From NCBI GenBank assembly GCA_963777955.1, contig CAVZSQ010000013.1, forward strand, positions 384,001-448,000: 64,000 bases of DNA, given 5' to 3'. The stretch's first letter is position 1, and each line of letters begins with the position of its first letter. This DNA is from Calditrichia bacterium (GTDB lineage Bacteria > Calditrichota > Calditrichia > JAJRVZ01). Positions 40,935 to 51,369 of this stretch are shown here, one piece after another. The notes under the pieces were generated by a model. It had not been told where the DNA came from and did no database searches. It saw only the letters and a program-made list of their open reading frames with translations. The translations under genes were made by a program, and so were the position numbers.

Positions 40935-41061
40935 GATCGACGCTTTTAAGACTCCCCTTACCATCTTTTTACCGTTTAGCTTTTTTTTGTCTGCCAAGAA
41001 CATTAATATATATGCGATATTTTTAAATATTTATTCATCCAGGTAGAAAAAAAACAGAAGC

Positions 41062-41247
41062 ATGATGTCTAGTATACTTCCGGAGGGCGAAGCGCTGCGC
41101 CGGGCGGTTAAATGGATATCCACCCAACTCCAGCAAGACTCGAATGCCAATAAACTGCAATTGGTTGAGCAGGCAGTATTTCGTTTTAATTTATCGCCAA
41201 AGGATGCTGAATTTCTATATCAGTTGTACAGTAAAAAACCCGGATAA
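41062..41247 (+). CDS. Small hypothetical helical protein (61 aa)
   Basis: Coding-like ORF in AT-rich flanks; PEGEALRRAVKWIS...FNLSPKDAEFL resembles a small uncharacterised family (from recall, not searched). Confidence 0.65.
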   Translation: MMSSILPEGEALRRAVKWISTQLQQDSNANKLQLVEQAVFRFNLSPKDAEFLYQLYSKKPG

Positions 41248-41474
41248 AATTTAATTTCCGGCCCTGCCGACTAAATATCCTAAGTTTTTATTTATTAATT
41301 CATTATCTCTGCATTAATCCGTCTAAATTTATTTAATTTTTAAGTAAAGTTTTTGCGCTTTCGGTGCGAAAATAACTATACAGATTATCTTATACTGATT
41401 AATCTTCCTGTCGGCAGTAATACTGGCCGGGGCGTGTTACTATCACAAAAAATGGTGCAACTATTATCTGATCT

Positions 41475-43589
41475 ATGGCAAAAGTTATAATCGGTTCCAT
41501 AATTGACCACTACCAGATTCTGGAACAAATCGGCAAAGGTGGCATGGGGGTTGTCTACAAAGCCCTCAATGTCAATCTGGAAAAATTTGTGGCTATTAAA
41601 ACCATTGCCCTGGGTCTGACCAGTGAAGATATTTTTACCAGCCGTTTTCGCACCGAGGCCCGTGCCCTGGCCAGGTTAGAGAATCCGCACATTGTGCATA
41701 TTTATGATATGCGCGCCGATGATAACCAGTGGTTTATCGTAATGGAGTACGTGGAAGGGATCACTCTGGCCGAAAAAATAAAGCGGGATAGAATAATTCC
41801 CTGGCCTGAGGCTTTAAAGATCTTTCAACAAATGCTCACCGCTATCGGCCATGCCCACCGCCTGGGGGTCATTCACCGGGATATTAAGCCTAACAACATC
41901 ATGATCACTAATGAAGGCATAGTTAAAATCACCGACTTCGGCCTGGCTAAAGACCGCTATACCCGCAGTTTGACTCAACCGGTATCTACCGGAGGAACCC
42001 TTTACTACATGTCACCGGAGCAGGTCAAGGGATTATTGTTTACGGATCATCGCAGCGACATTTATTCCCTGGGATTGACTTTGTATGAAATGCTGGCCGG
42101 CAAGATACCGTTCCGTAAGGGTGACACCGATTTCACCATTCGCGAAGCTATTGTTAAACGCCAATTTCCACCCCCCTCCTTTTTCAATCCGCATTTATCC
42201 GACTGGTTCGATGCCTTGGTGATGAAACTGATTGCCAAAGATCCCAATGACCGTTATCAGAATATTGATGAAATACAAAAAACCCTGGCCCAGTTCACGA
42301 AATCCGCCGGTCAATCGCAAAGTATTTCCAAAGCAGCCGAAGCTAAAACTGTTCATAATAATTACGATTCGATGTTTTCTGATGATCTGACAGGCATTCT
42401 GCCCAGTCAATTCAACGACCGCAGACAAAGTAAACGCCTGCTGGCAGGCCACTGGGCTAAATATAGCAAATCATTTTTATTGACCATGCTCTGTCTTATA
42501 GCAGTTATTATCGGTTTTAATAATTATCCAGAAATAATTTCCCGGTTTTCACCGCTATCAGCAGAAAAAAAATATGTAACCAGTCTGAATATTATCAGCG
42601 AACCTCCGGCCGCCAGGATTTTTATCAATGGCAAGGAAGCCGGCCGAAGTCCCCTTTTACTGGATTCAGTCGCCAACAATTATATTTTCATTTCTCTGCA
42701 AAAAGACAAATATTTGCAGATTGATACCTTGCTCAATCTGAAGGTACTTGCCGGCAATACCTTTACAGCAGCCTTACCGCCCGTTATCCAGTTGTCAGGC
42801 AGTGCGGATACGGTTGACCTTAACCGGTTAGCCGCTAAACAGTCTCTGACCTTCCCTGAATCTCACCGGCAGAATATGAGTACTGCCGGACCCGTGATAA
42901 AAAGTCCTGATCCTGTTTCATCTTCAGCCGGATTGCTGGAGATTACCTCCACACCTGCCGGTGCGGAGATCTGGCTGGATAATATACAAATTCAGGAGGC
43001 GCGCACACCCTGGATATTAAGGTCATGTCCACCCGGCAAGCATCAATTGACAATAAAAAAACCGGGTTATACGGATTATACGGCAGAAACCACAGTGCAA
43101 TCCGATATGCGCAATGCCTTTGCTGCCGAATTAATCGTCAGATCCGGACTGCTCAGCATTCAGGTTTCTCCCTGGGGATCCATTTTCATTGACGATATGT
43201 TAAAAATGGAAAATACAAATATCAGATACAGAGAGAATCTGCCGGTGGGGCAGCATCAATTACGGATTGTCCATCCCGTGCTGGGTAAACTCGAGAAAAC
43301 TGTTCAGATTGAAGCGGATCGCAGCGAAGAAGTATTGATCAATTTTAATACGATTGTCAACATCCGTGTAACTGCTTTTGATCCTCAGGGAAAACCGGTC
43401 TGGGCAGAAATTATTGTCGACGATAAGAATACCGGTGAAATGACCCCGAAAGAGATTGGTCTGCATATTGGCTACCATACCGTCGCCGCTCAGAAAGACG
43501 GCTATATCCTGGTCAATGGTGAAAAAGAAATTATGGTCGAGAATTCCCTTGAGGAACCGTTGAAATTTATTCTCAGAAAAATAATGTGA
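41475..43589 (+). CDS. Hanks-type Ser/Thr protein kinase with TM helix and extracytoplasmic PEGA domains
   Basis: IGKGGMGVVY, VAIK, HRDIKPNN, DFG, YMSPE, SDIYSLG; SEPPAARIFING and STPAGAEIWLDN PEGA repeats. Confidence 0.93.
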   Translation: MAKVIIGSIIDHYQILEQIGKGGMGVVYKALNVNLEKFVAIKTIALGLTSEDIFTSRFRTEARALARLENPHIVHIYDMRADDNQWFIVMEYVEGITLAEKIKRDRIIPWPEALKIFQQMLTAIGHAHRLGVIHRDIKPNNIMITNEGIVKITDFGLAKDRYTRSLTQPVSTGGTLYYMSPEQVKGLLFTDHRSDIYSLGLTLYEMLAGKIPFRKGDTDFTIREAIVKRQFPPPSFFNPHLSDWFDALVMKLIAKDPNDRYQNIDEIQKTLAQFTKSAGQSQSISKAAEAKTVHNNYDSMFSDDLTGILPSQFNDRRQSKRLLAGHWAKYSKSFLLTMLCLIAVIIGFNNYPEIISRFSPLSAEKKYVTSLNIISEPPAARIFINGKEAGRSPLLLDSVANNYIFISLQKDKYLQIDTLLNLKVLAGNTFTAALPPVIQLSGSADTVDLNRLAAKQSLTFPESHRQNMSTAGPVIKSPDPVSSSAGLLEITSTPAGAEIWLDNIQIQEARTPWILRSCPPGKHQLTIKKPGYTDYTAETTVQSDMRNAFAAELIVRSGLLSIQVSPWGSIFIDDMLKMENTNIRYRENLPVGQHQLRIVHPVLGKLEKTVQIEADRSEEVLINFNTIVNIRVTAFDPQGKPVWAEIIVDDKNTGEMTPKEIGLHIGYHTVAAQKDGYILVNGEKEIMVENSLEEPLKFILRKIM

Positions 43590-43765
43590 TATCGGTACAA
43601 GTATTATTACTCTGCATTAATTGAAACTGGAAACAAACTGGTTTAACTATAAATACTACAAAGATATATGTTGAAAAATCTGTTAATTTTTATTAATTAT
43701 GAGGTTCGGCTATATGAAAATTAATTGTGGCGATTCAGGAACCGAGGGAAATAGATTAACTTGTA

Positions 43766-43848
43766 GGTCGTCTCGACTACGCTCGACGACCGGTTTTTCG
43801 TTCCCCGAGCGGCCTGTCCCGAGCCAGGTCGAGGGAAGTCGAGGGGAA
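43766..43848. repeat. Paired imperfect palindromes (TCGACTACGCTCG family), second copy carrying a nested insert
   Basis: ggtcgtctcgactacgctcgacgacc (43766-43791) and ttccccgagcg-[gcctgtcccgagccaggtcgaggga]-agtcgaggggaa (43801-43848). Confidence 0.75.
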
Positions 43849-43903
43849 TAATAGTGATAAAGATATTATTTTTTTTTAATCGATAATCACAGGTGCAGAT
43901 GAA

Positions 43904-44485
43904 TTGAAAACATTTTTACGCTCACTCTGCCTGATCATTTTTACCAGTTACCAGTTATTGATTTCCGGTTTGGGTCAAGAGACAAATTTATTTGCCCAGA
44001 GTTCCCGGGGAATTGATCTGCATCAAAAGATCAACCTGGCGCAGAAATTATATTTTGAAGGCAACTTCGATTCAGCCATTGATCTGATCAAACAATGTTT
44101 GCAGCAGGGCTTCGCCGCGGATAATGAAAAAGTTCGGGCCTATAAGATACTGGCCCAGGCTTATCTGGCCAAAGGCTTTGAACAGCCGGCCCAGGAGGTG
44201 GTAAAAAAATTACTGGAGATTGTGCCCGAGTATACACCGATGCTGGAAGAAGATCCGCCGCAATTTGTCGAACTGGTCAACAAAATCAAAAACGCTCCTG
44301 CCGCCGAAACAGACAAACCAAAGTCAACCAATAACACGAATCATAAAAAAACTTACTGGTTATGGGTCGGATCAGCCGGTGTGGTTTTACTGGGGGCAAC
44401 GGCAATACTGGTATTGAATGGACCTGGATCACATGATACCGATCAGAATGAACCATTACCGCTGCCGCCCGCCTGGCCGGAGTAA
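43904..44485 (+). CDS. Exported TPR-like protein with C-terminal hydrophobic segment and Pro-rich tail
   Basis: Signal peptide; AQKLYFEGNFDSAI and AYKILAQAYLAKG helices; YWLWVGSAGVVLLGATAILVL...PLPLPPAWPE. Confidence 0.7.
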   Translation: MKTFLRSLCLIIFTSYQLLISGLGQETNLFAQSSRGIDLHQKINLAQKLYFEGNFDSAIDLIKQCLQQGFAADNEKVRAYKILAQAYLAKGFEQPAQEVVKKLLEIVPEYTPMLEEDPPQFVELVNKIKNAPAAETDKPKSTNNTNHKKTYWLWVGSAGVVLLGATAILVLNGPGSHDTDQNEPLPLPPAWPE

Positions 44486-44515
44486 GACGACATTTCTCCT
44501 TATCTGATAGGATAC

Positions 44516-47500
44516 ATGACGACAAACAAAATAAATATCTTCCGATTATCGCTGTGCCTGCTGGGTTATGTTTTAATATGCATTCCCTTTTCACAAACAT
44601 CGGCTCAAACCCAGGTCAGCGGAACAATTACCAATGCCACCTGGTCCAGAGAGAATTCACCATACCAGGTGACCGGGGATATTACCGTCCAAAGTCTGAC
44701 TATCGAAGCGGGGGTGGAAGTTCAATTCCAGAATAATTACCAGTTTAACGTCTCAGGCCGGTTAACCGCCGTCGGCAGCAAACAGGATTCCATCCGTTTT
44801 GTCAGTTCCCCTGCCAATGTATCCGGCTGGCGGGGAATCTTATTTGCCGCTGGCTCATCCGCTGCGAGCTATGGCTTACTGTATTATCGAGGATGCCAAT
44901 TTATATGGTGTACGATTTGAGAACCCTATAATTCGATTTGAAAAATGCCGGATTTCCCACAGTGCTGCCAGCGGGATTGAAATCGTTTCAAGTACGGTGG
45001 AAATAAAAAGATGTGTGATTACAGCCAATTCCGCTCATGGTATTTCAGTTTCAGCCGCTGGCAGAGCGAATATATTGAATTGCATTTTGAGCAGTAATAC
45101 CAATAATGGAATTAATATTGATGGTGGTTGTGTTCAGCTCACTAATTCATTAGTCAAGAACAACGGCCAGGGAGGAATTTTTCTGCTGCAGGCAACCGAT
45201 ACTCTGACCATGACCAATTCGAATGTCGTTTACAATATTTCTGTACCGGGAATATTTGCAGTCGGCAATAAATTAGATTTAAAAAATTCGATCGTTTACT
45301 TTAACGGCTCAGGCATTTCACCTGCCAGCGGTACCGTAACCTACAGCGATATACAGGGTAGCTACACGGGGACCGGGAATATCGCCAGTGATCCGCTTTT
45401 TACAAATAATATTTCGTATGAGTTATTAAGCAATTCATTATGTATCGATGGCGGCAATCCAGGTGCTGCATACAACGATATTTGTTTTCCACCATCCAAA
45501 GGCACCAGCACAAATGATCTGGGGATTTACGGCGGGCCTGCCGCTTGTGGTTGGTATGATCCACTGTTTGTAACCCCTCTCGCGCTTAACTTTGGCCAGG
45601 TTACTTTAGGTGATACAGCACAGTTACCAATAAGTATTAAAAACTATTCTGATTCCCTGCTGACAATTACCCGGATACAAATTTTAGGAACTGATGCAGC
45701 ACAATACATCTTTACTCAATCAACACCTCTGAACATATTGCCGTTGGATAGTATTCAACTGGCCGTACAATTCTTTCCCGATCAAGCTCGTGAATATTCT
45801 GCTGCACTGGATGTTATAACTCTCCAGGACTCGCTGCAGGTTTCACTCAGTGGATCGGGTGTCACCCCGGATATTTTTGTTACTCCTGCTTCTTCTAACT
45901 TCAGCTCAGTTCATGTGAGTGATTCACTTTTGAATTTCGTTCGTATATATAATGTAGGTCAGGGAGTTTTAAAAATTCATGATCTGACCAGCAGTGCTGC
46001 GACCTTCGCAACCAGGTTTTTCAGTATTCCGGCTAATATCCTGCCAGGACAACAGGATACACTTTATATTCTTTTTAAACCCGACACCGCTCAGGTATAC
46101 TCTGAACATATTATAATTCATTCTAACGATCCGGATGAAGCCCAATTTAGTATTGATGTCAACGGAACCGGTTTGGCTCCTGTGCTGACTTCTTCTACCG
46201 ATTCTTTGAATTTCGCTGCGGTTTTGCTCAATCAGGATTCAACCATTTCGATTGTTCTGAAAAACACCGGAAATGATACCCTGCAGATAAACTCAAAAAA
46301 TATCTCCGGGGCCGATAGTCTTTCCTTTCAAATTACCAGCAGCCAGGATGTGGTAATCTTGCCCCCTGCCGCTGAGGATACAGTACAAATCTTATTTCAA
46401 CCTGCAGTTACCCGCTTATACTCGGCCTTACTCCGGATAGATAGCAACGACCCGTTTATTAATCCACGGTATGTTGTTTTACAAGGCAGGGGTGTAATAC
46501 CCGAGCTGGCCCTCAGTTCCGAAACATTAGACTTCGGTCAGGTGCAGGTTAATTCGGATTCTGTACTGAATCTGGTCATTACCAACAACGGATCGGCGAT
46601 ACTGAAAGTATGGGATATTGTTATCCTGCCCGATAGCAGCGCGTTTACAATAGTTAATGGTGGCCAGAATTTTAATTTAACTCCCGACGGATCTGCCGAC
46701 AGTATTTTGATATCATTTTTGCCAATGAGCGCAGGTTATGCCTCCGCCGTGCTGCAAATGCTGACCAACGATCCCGCCCATGATACCCTGCAAATTCCAC
46801 TCAGCGGCCGGGGAGTCAATTTCGAGATTACAGTTACACCGGATGATTCTCTGGATTTCAACCAGATACCGGTTGGCCAGGATAGTACTTTGACACTGCT
46901 GCTGGAAAATCTCGGCAGCGGCGATCTGCAGGTCAGAGCACATATTGCCGGTGCTGACTCGGTTCAATTTAGACTGGCTGATGGCGATTCATTCTTTGTA
47001 ATCCCTGAAAACTCACCTCAGCATTTGCTGCAAATTTTTTTCGTTCCCGTTAACCGCGGTTCAAAAAAAGCGGTACTGGAGATATTCAGTAACGATACCA
47101 ACCATCCTTCTATTCTGATCAATCTCTGCGGGTATGCCCTGGCGGCAGAAATTTTTAGCGCTCAAAACAATATCTCCTTTGATAATACTTATATCTGGGA
47201 GAACAGTACCCGATCCATCAGTATTTTCAACCTGGGCGAACTCGCTTTAATCGTCGATTCGCTGCGGATCAGCGGGCCGGATTCAAACGAATTCCTGATT
47301 CCTGACCAAACCTTTCCGTTAAGTATCCCGGCCGGCCCGGATAGCCAGCCGCTGCAAGTGCGCTTCAACCCTTTAAGTGCAGGTGCTAAAAATGATCTCC
47401 TGCTTATCTACAGCAATGATCCCCTCTCCCCGGCGAGTCTCAATTTGAACGCCCTTGGCCTGCTGGACCTGACCCCGGCTGCCATAACCATCGATACTTC

Positions 47501-49050
47501 TTCCCTCAGTTTCACAACCGGCAGCAACAGCCCCATAGAGGTTATTACAAAAGATGATGAAAGTATCATTCAGAACGTTTCTGTATTCGTGAGATCCGGC
47601 GGCCGGCAGGTCTATCGACAAATAAATTTTACTCAGACTGACGATACATTGTGGAGTGCGGTTATTCCCGGCCAGCAAGTAACGGAACGCGGACTGGAAT
47701 ATTACCTGGAAGTATGTCATGGCGGAGCGATAACATGCTATCCACAGAATGGTGCCGCTGAACCGGAAATCGGGTTTGTGCAGGTGCCAACTTTAAGTTT
47801 TCCAGACGCTACGCTGAATAGCAGATATCAGATGATCTCGGTACCTGTACAGACAGGAGCACAGAATTTAAGCGATCTCTTCCAGGATGATCTGGGCACA
47901 TACGATAATATCAACTATCGCTTTTTTGACTGGAATAGTGACAGTTCAGAATACATGGAATTGTCAGCTCTGGATATACCGTTACCTCCGGGTAAAGCAC
48001 TCTGGTTAATCACCAGGGAGGCAACCGTGCTTGACCTGGAAAATGCTCAATCCAATCTTGACAGTGCCGATTTCACAGTACAACTGAAAGCAGGCTGGAA
48101 TATGATCGCTGATCCTTTCGCCTTTACGGTTTCCTGGGATCAAATCGATCACGATTATATCCAGGGGCAAACCCTCTGGTATTACAACGGTGATGCCTGG
48201 ATCATCGATTCAGCACTGGTACCCTACCGTGGTTATGCAGTACAGGTCATAAGCGATACAGCAATTTACATTCCTGCACAGGAAACGGAAAATCCGGTTA
48301 TTCCCAAACCGGTGCCGGCCACTGAATGGCACCTGCAGATAACTGCTGATAACGGCACTCAATACGATCATTATAATTATGCCGGGATACGTCTGGCCGC
48401 CAGCGATGACTGGGATATCTGCGATATCAGCGAACCACCGGGAATTGGTAATTTTGTATCCATCTATTTTCAGAAAGATACCGCTGTTTCCTTCCCCGGA
48501 CGTCTGGCCGGTGATTTCCGTGAACCGGACCATGAACAGTACACTTATAATCTGATGCTGAACAATAGTATATCAGGAAAAACCAGGATACAAGTTATAG
48601 CGCACAACCTTCCGGATAATTTCGATTGGCTGGTGCTTTCTACCCATAATAAAATCCGATATCCTAAAGAAAGCTGGACTACCGATAAGTCGCAGGAATC
48701 TTTTCAACTGGTAGTAGGAACAAAAAGTGCTCTGCAATCCGTTCTTGACGAATATAAGGAAATCCCCGGCAGTTTCCAGCTCACGCAGAATTTTCCAAAT
48801 CCATTCAATCCCACCACGACAATAGTTTATCAATTGCCTCAGTCAGCGTCGATCAGTATAGACTATTTTCGATATCCTGGGTAAAAAAATAAGAACTTTA
48901 CTGCCTGAAACCAGACAGGAAGCCGGTTATTATCAACTCCACTGGGACGGCAGAAATGATCATCATCAACCTGTAGCCAGCGCCGTATATATATTATTTT
49001 TACGCTCGGATAAATATCAGCAGGCCATAAAAATGATTTTACAGCGGTAG
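44516..49050 (+). CDS. Large secreted surface protein: beta-helix, six ASH/choice-of-anchor-D Ig-like repeats, C-terminal FlgD/T9SS-type domain; frameshifts near 44870 and 48865
   Basis: SPYQVTGDITV start; six LxFxxV...N.G...SNDP...L.G.G repeats; QNFPNPFNPTT then, in a shifted frame, IFDILGKKIRTL...WDGRND...KMILQR stop 49050. Confidence 0.82.
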
Positions 49051-49064
49051 ATTCGGTAAGATCC

Positions 49065-51128
49065 CTATACCTGTATTTTCTTTTCTTCCAGCACCGCCAG
49101 CATCTTTTTAACAGGGATGCCGGTTTTCTGGGACATCACAGTGGTAATCGACATTACATTCAGGGTTTTATTTGACAGGCCAATTTCGGATTCATGTGCT
49201 GTTTCCTGATCTTTACTTTCAACAATTTTCAGATCGGGTATCTGAATCTGGGCGCCGGCTTCATCCAGGAGATCAATGGCCTTGGAGGGGAGTGAATGAT
49301 CCGGGTCGAATTGCCGGGATAGCACGATTGCTGCTTCCAGGGCGTTATCGGTTATCCAGATATGATGATATTCTTCCAATTTTTTTCTGAATATCGAAAG
49401 CATCTCCAGTATTTCTTTATCATTCGGTTCGTTAATCAAAATCTTCTGAAAACCACGTTCGAGCGATGCTTCGGTCTTTATATACTTTTTGTACTCTTCG
49501 GGATTAGTGGTACCGATGCATTGAATCTTGTTGCCAATGATGGCAGGATTCAGCAGATGGGCGATGGTAGCATATAGATCTTTTTTACCACTCCCGGCAA
49601 AATTATGGATCTCGTCAATGTACAGGATTAAATCGTTTTTTTGTTCGACTTCCTGCAACAGATTATGCCAGCGTTGCTCATATTCATTTTTATCTTTAAT
49701 ACCCGCTATCAGCAGATTCATATTTAGTTCAATCAGTCTTTTCCGGGGTAACAAATTATCACACTGGCTCAATTTTATAGCCAGCGCCTCAACCAGGGCA
49801 CTTTTCCCCACTCCGGCTTTTCCGATTAACAGCGGATTATGGCAGTAGCGTTGGGCCAGGGTTTGAATGATCTGCAAAATTTCATTCCGCCGTTCGGCAA
49901 AAGGACCTAACTTACCCTGCGCAGCTTTGCTGGTAAGATCTTTGCCAAAACGGTCAAGCAGGGAATGATTTTCTCCACAGCCCACCGCAATCTCGCGGGA
50001 TTCAGTGTTGATCTCCGCCGGTAACATTTTCATGGGATTTTTATTGATATGCGGATTGTATACCTCGTACACCTCGATGGTTGGTTCACCTGGTTTAAAC
50101 CTCCGGAAGCCCAGATATTTCCAGGATAAACTTGAATTGCTTTTCTCCTGCTGTGCTTCTTCATATACAGCACGGCTGGTCAGGATATGGCCCCCTTCGG
50201 CAGCGCACATGATACGATTGGCGCTGGAAACCCTGATACCGAAAATATCACGTGATCTTTCATCGCCGATCTGTTTTACCTCCCCCATGTCCATGCCGAT
50301 ACGAATATCCAGCAGATTGTTGGTCAGGAATTCTTTCTGGATAGCCACAGCGCATTTCACGGCAATATCAGGACTGGAGAAAACCATTAACAATCCATCT
50401 CCCGTCGACTTGATAATTTCACCTTTGCCAATTCTTTTGATCACTTTCTTAATCGTATCGTCGTGGTACTTGATCAGTTTTAAAAATTCATCATCCCCTA
50501 ACTGATTGTATAAAACCATCGAACCGACGATGTCATCGAACATGATAGTCAGCAATGAACTCTGACTGTTTTTAGTAAAAGACTGGATGCTGACAAAATC
50601 GTTGGAACTTATTCCTTCCTGCGGGCAAGGTTCCGGCTGCGCCGACCTGCCCAGTGTTTTGATCCAGATGGATCTGCTGGACACACCCAGTTCGGCACAC
50701 GCCCCCTCGATCAAACGTCCGGGTCGGCTCATAATAGCGGCCAGGAGCAGCAGGGCATCCACTTCAGTAGAATTATTAGCCAAATCTTCAGCATGTTTGA
50801 AGCAGCCGCGGGCATCTTCACTGCGGTGAATTATTTTTCCTTTGAAGACAAAACGCCGCCGCGGAAGTTTGGCTCTCAGGCGACGCCGGAAATGTACGGC
50901 CTGAATATTCAATTCCTGCAAGAAGGCCGATATCTGGACCTGTTCAGTATTCAGTCGCTGCTGATCAGGCTCTGTTAAAGTTTTGAAGGTTTGGGAATGA
51001 ATAATTTTATCCAGACTGAATAAACCAATCAATAAATGTTCTTGTTCGATGAAGGAACTTTTTAACAAAGAGGCTTCCCAGGAAGCAATCTGCCAGGCGC
51101 AGCGTATACCTATTGAATATTTTTTCAA
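49065..51128 (-). CDS. Fusion of Clp N-terminal domain, class III nucleotide cyclase and ClpA/B/C-type AAA+ NBD1
   Basis: EQEHLLIGL and ALLLLAAI Clp-N repeats; TIMFDDIVGS, IIKSTGDG, IRIGMDMG, DIFG cyclase; NPLLIGKAGVGKS, LYIDEIH, LPSKAIDLLDEA, KTGIPV. Confidence 0.85.
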   Translation of the reverse strand: MKKYSIGIRCAWQIASWEASLLKSSFIEQEHLLIGLFSLDKIIHSQTFKTLTEPDQQRLNTEQVQISAFLQELNIQAVHFRRRLRAKLPRRRFVFKGKIIHRSEDARGCFKHAEDLANNSTEVDALLLLAAIMSRPGRLIEGACAELGVSSRSIWIKTLGRSAQPEPCPQEGISSNDFVSIQSFTKNSQSSLLTIMFDDIVGSMVLYNQLGDDEFLKLIKYHDDTIKKVIKRIGKGEIIKSTGDGLLMVFSSPDIAVKCAVAIQKEFLTNNLLDIRIGMDMGEVKQIGDERSRDIFGIRVSSANRIMCAAEGGHILTSRAVYEEAQQEKSNSSLSWKYLGFRRFKPGEPTIEVYEVYNPHINKNPMKMLPAEINTESREIAVGCGENHSLLDRFGKDLTSKAAQGKLGPFAERRNEILQIIQTLAQRYCHNPLLIGKAGVGKSALVEALAIKLSQCDNLLPRKRLIELNMNLLIAGIKDKNEYEQRWHNLLQEVEQKNDLILYIDEIHNFAGSGKKDLYATIAHLLNPAIIGNKIQCIGTTNPEEYKKYIKTEASLERGFQKILINEPNDKEILEMLSIFRKKLEEYHHIWITDNALEAAIVLSRQFDPDHSLPSKAIDLLDEAGAQIQIPDLKIVESKDQETAHESEIGLSNKTLNVMSITTVMSQKTGIPVKKMLAVLEEKKIQV

Positions 51129-51304
51129 GTGATTTAACTCCTGAACAGGCTAAAATAATGAGATCTGATCCAAAGACTGCTCTACTAAATATATACGGCT
51201 TATTTTAAAATATTTTGAGCGGTTTTTTCAATTCTTTTGACCTTTAGCTGCTTAGTTTTACAGGATGATAGATCGCTGCCGGGTGCGGCCGGATGACAAA
51301 AAAA

Positions 51305-51333
51305 TTGCATCCTAACACGGAACTATTTAGATT
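51305..51333 (+). promoter_or_regulatory. Candidate sigma70 promoter for tnaA
   Basis: TTGCAT-N17-TAGATT. Confidence 0.35.
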
Positions 51334-51369
51334 GCTTTTGATCTTAGGGCCAATCGTACGGAACATGTT

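Noticed and set aside
41345..41372. sigma28 promoter upstream of the kinase
   Set aside because: TAAAGTTT is good but the -10 match is poor and spacing is off.
50005..50505. Long antisense and alternate-frame ORFs (e.g. 50005-50505, 6877-7347, 22291-22818, 51244-51660)
   Set aside because: They shadow well-supported genes and show no recognisable motifs.
49065..51128. Pycsar/CBASS defence operon or a canonical clpB/clpC gene
   Set aside because: Cyclase has adenine-type Lys/Asp residues and no adjacent cNMP-binding effector; the Clp part lacks NBD2, so neither label fits.
51129..51369. TnaC-like leader peptide upstream of tnaA
   Set aside because: I found no short Trp-containing leader ORF with the TnaC pattern, and the candidate promoter is too close to the start codon.
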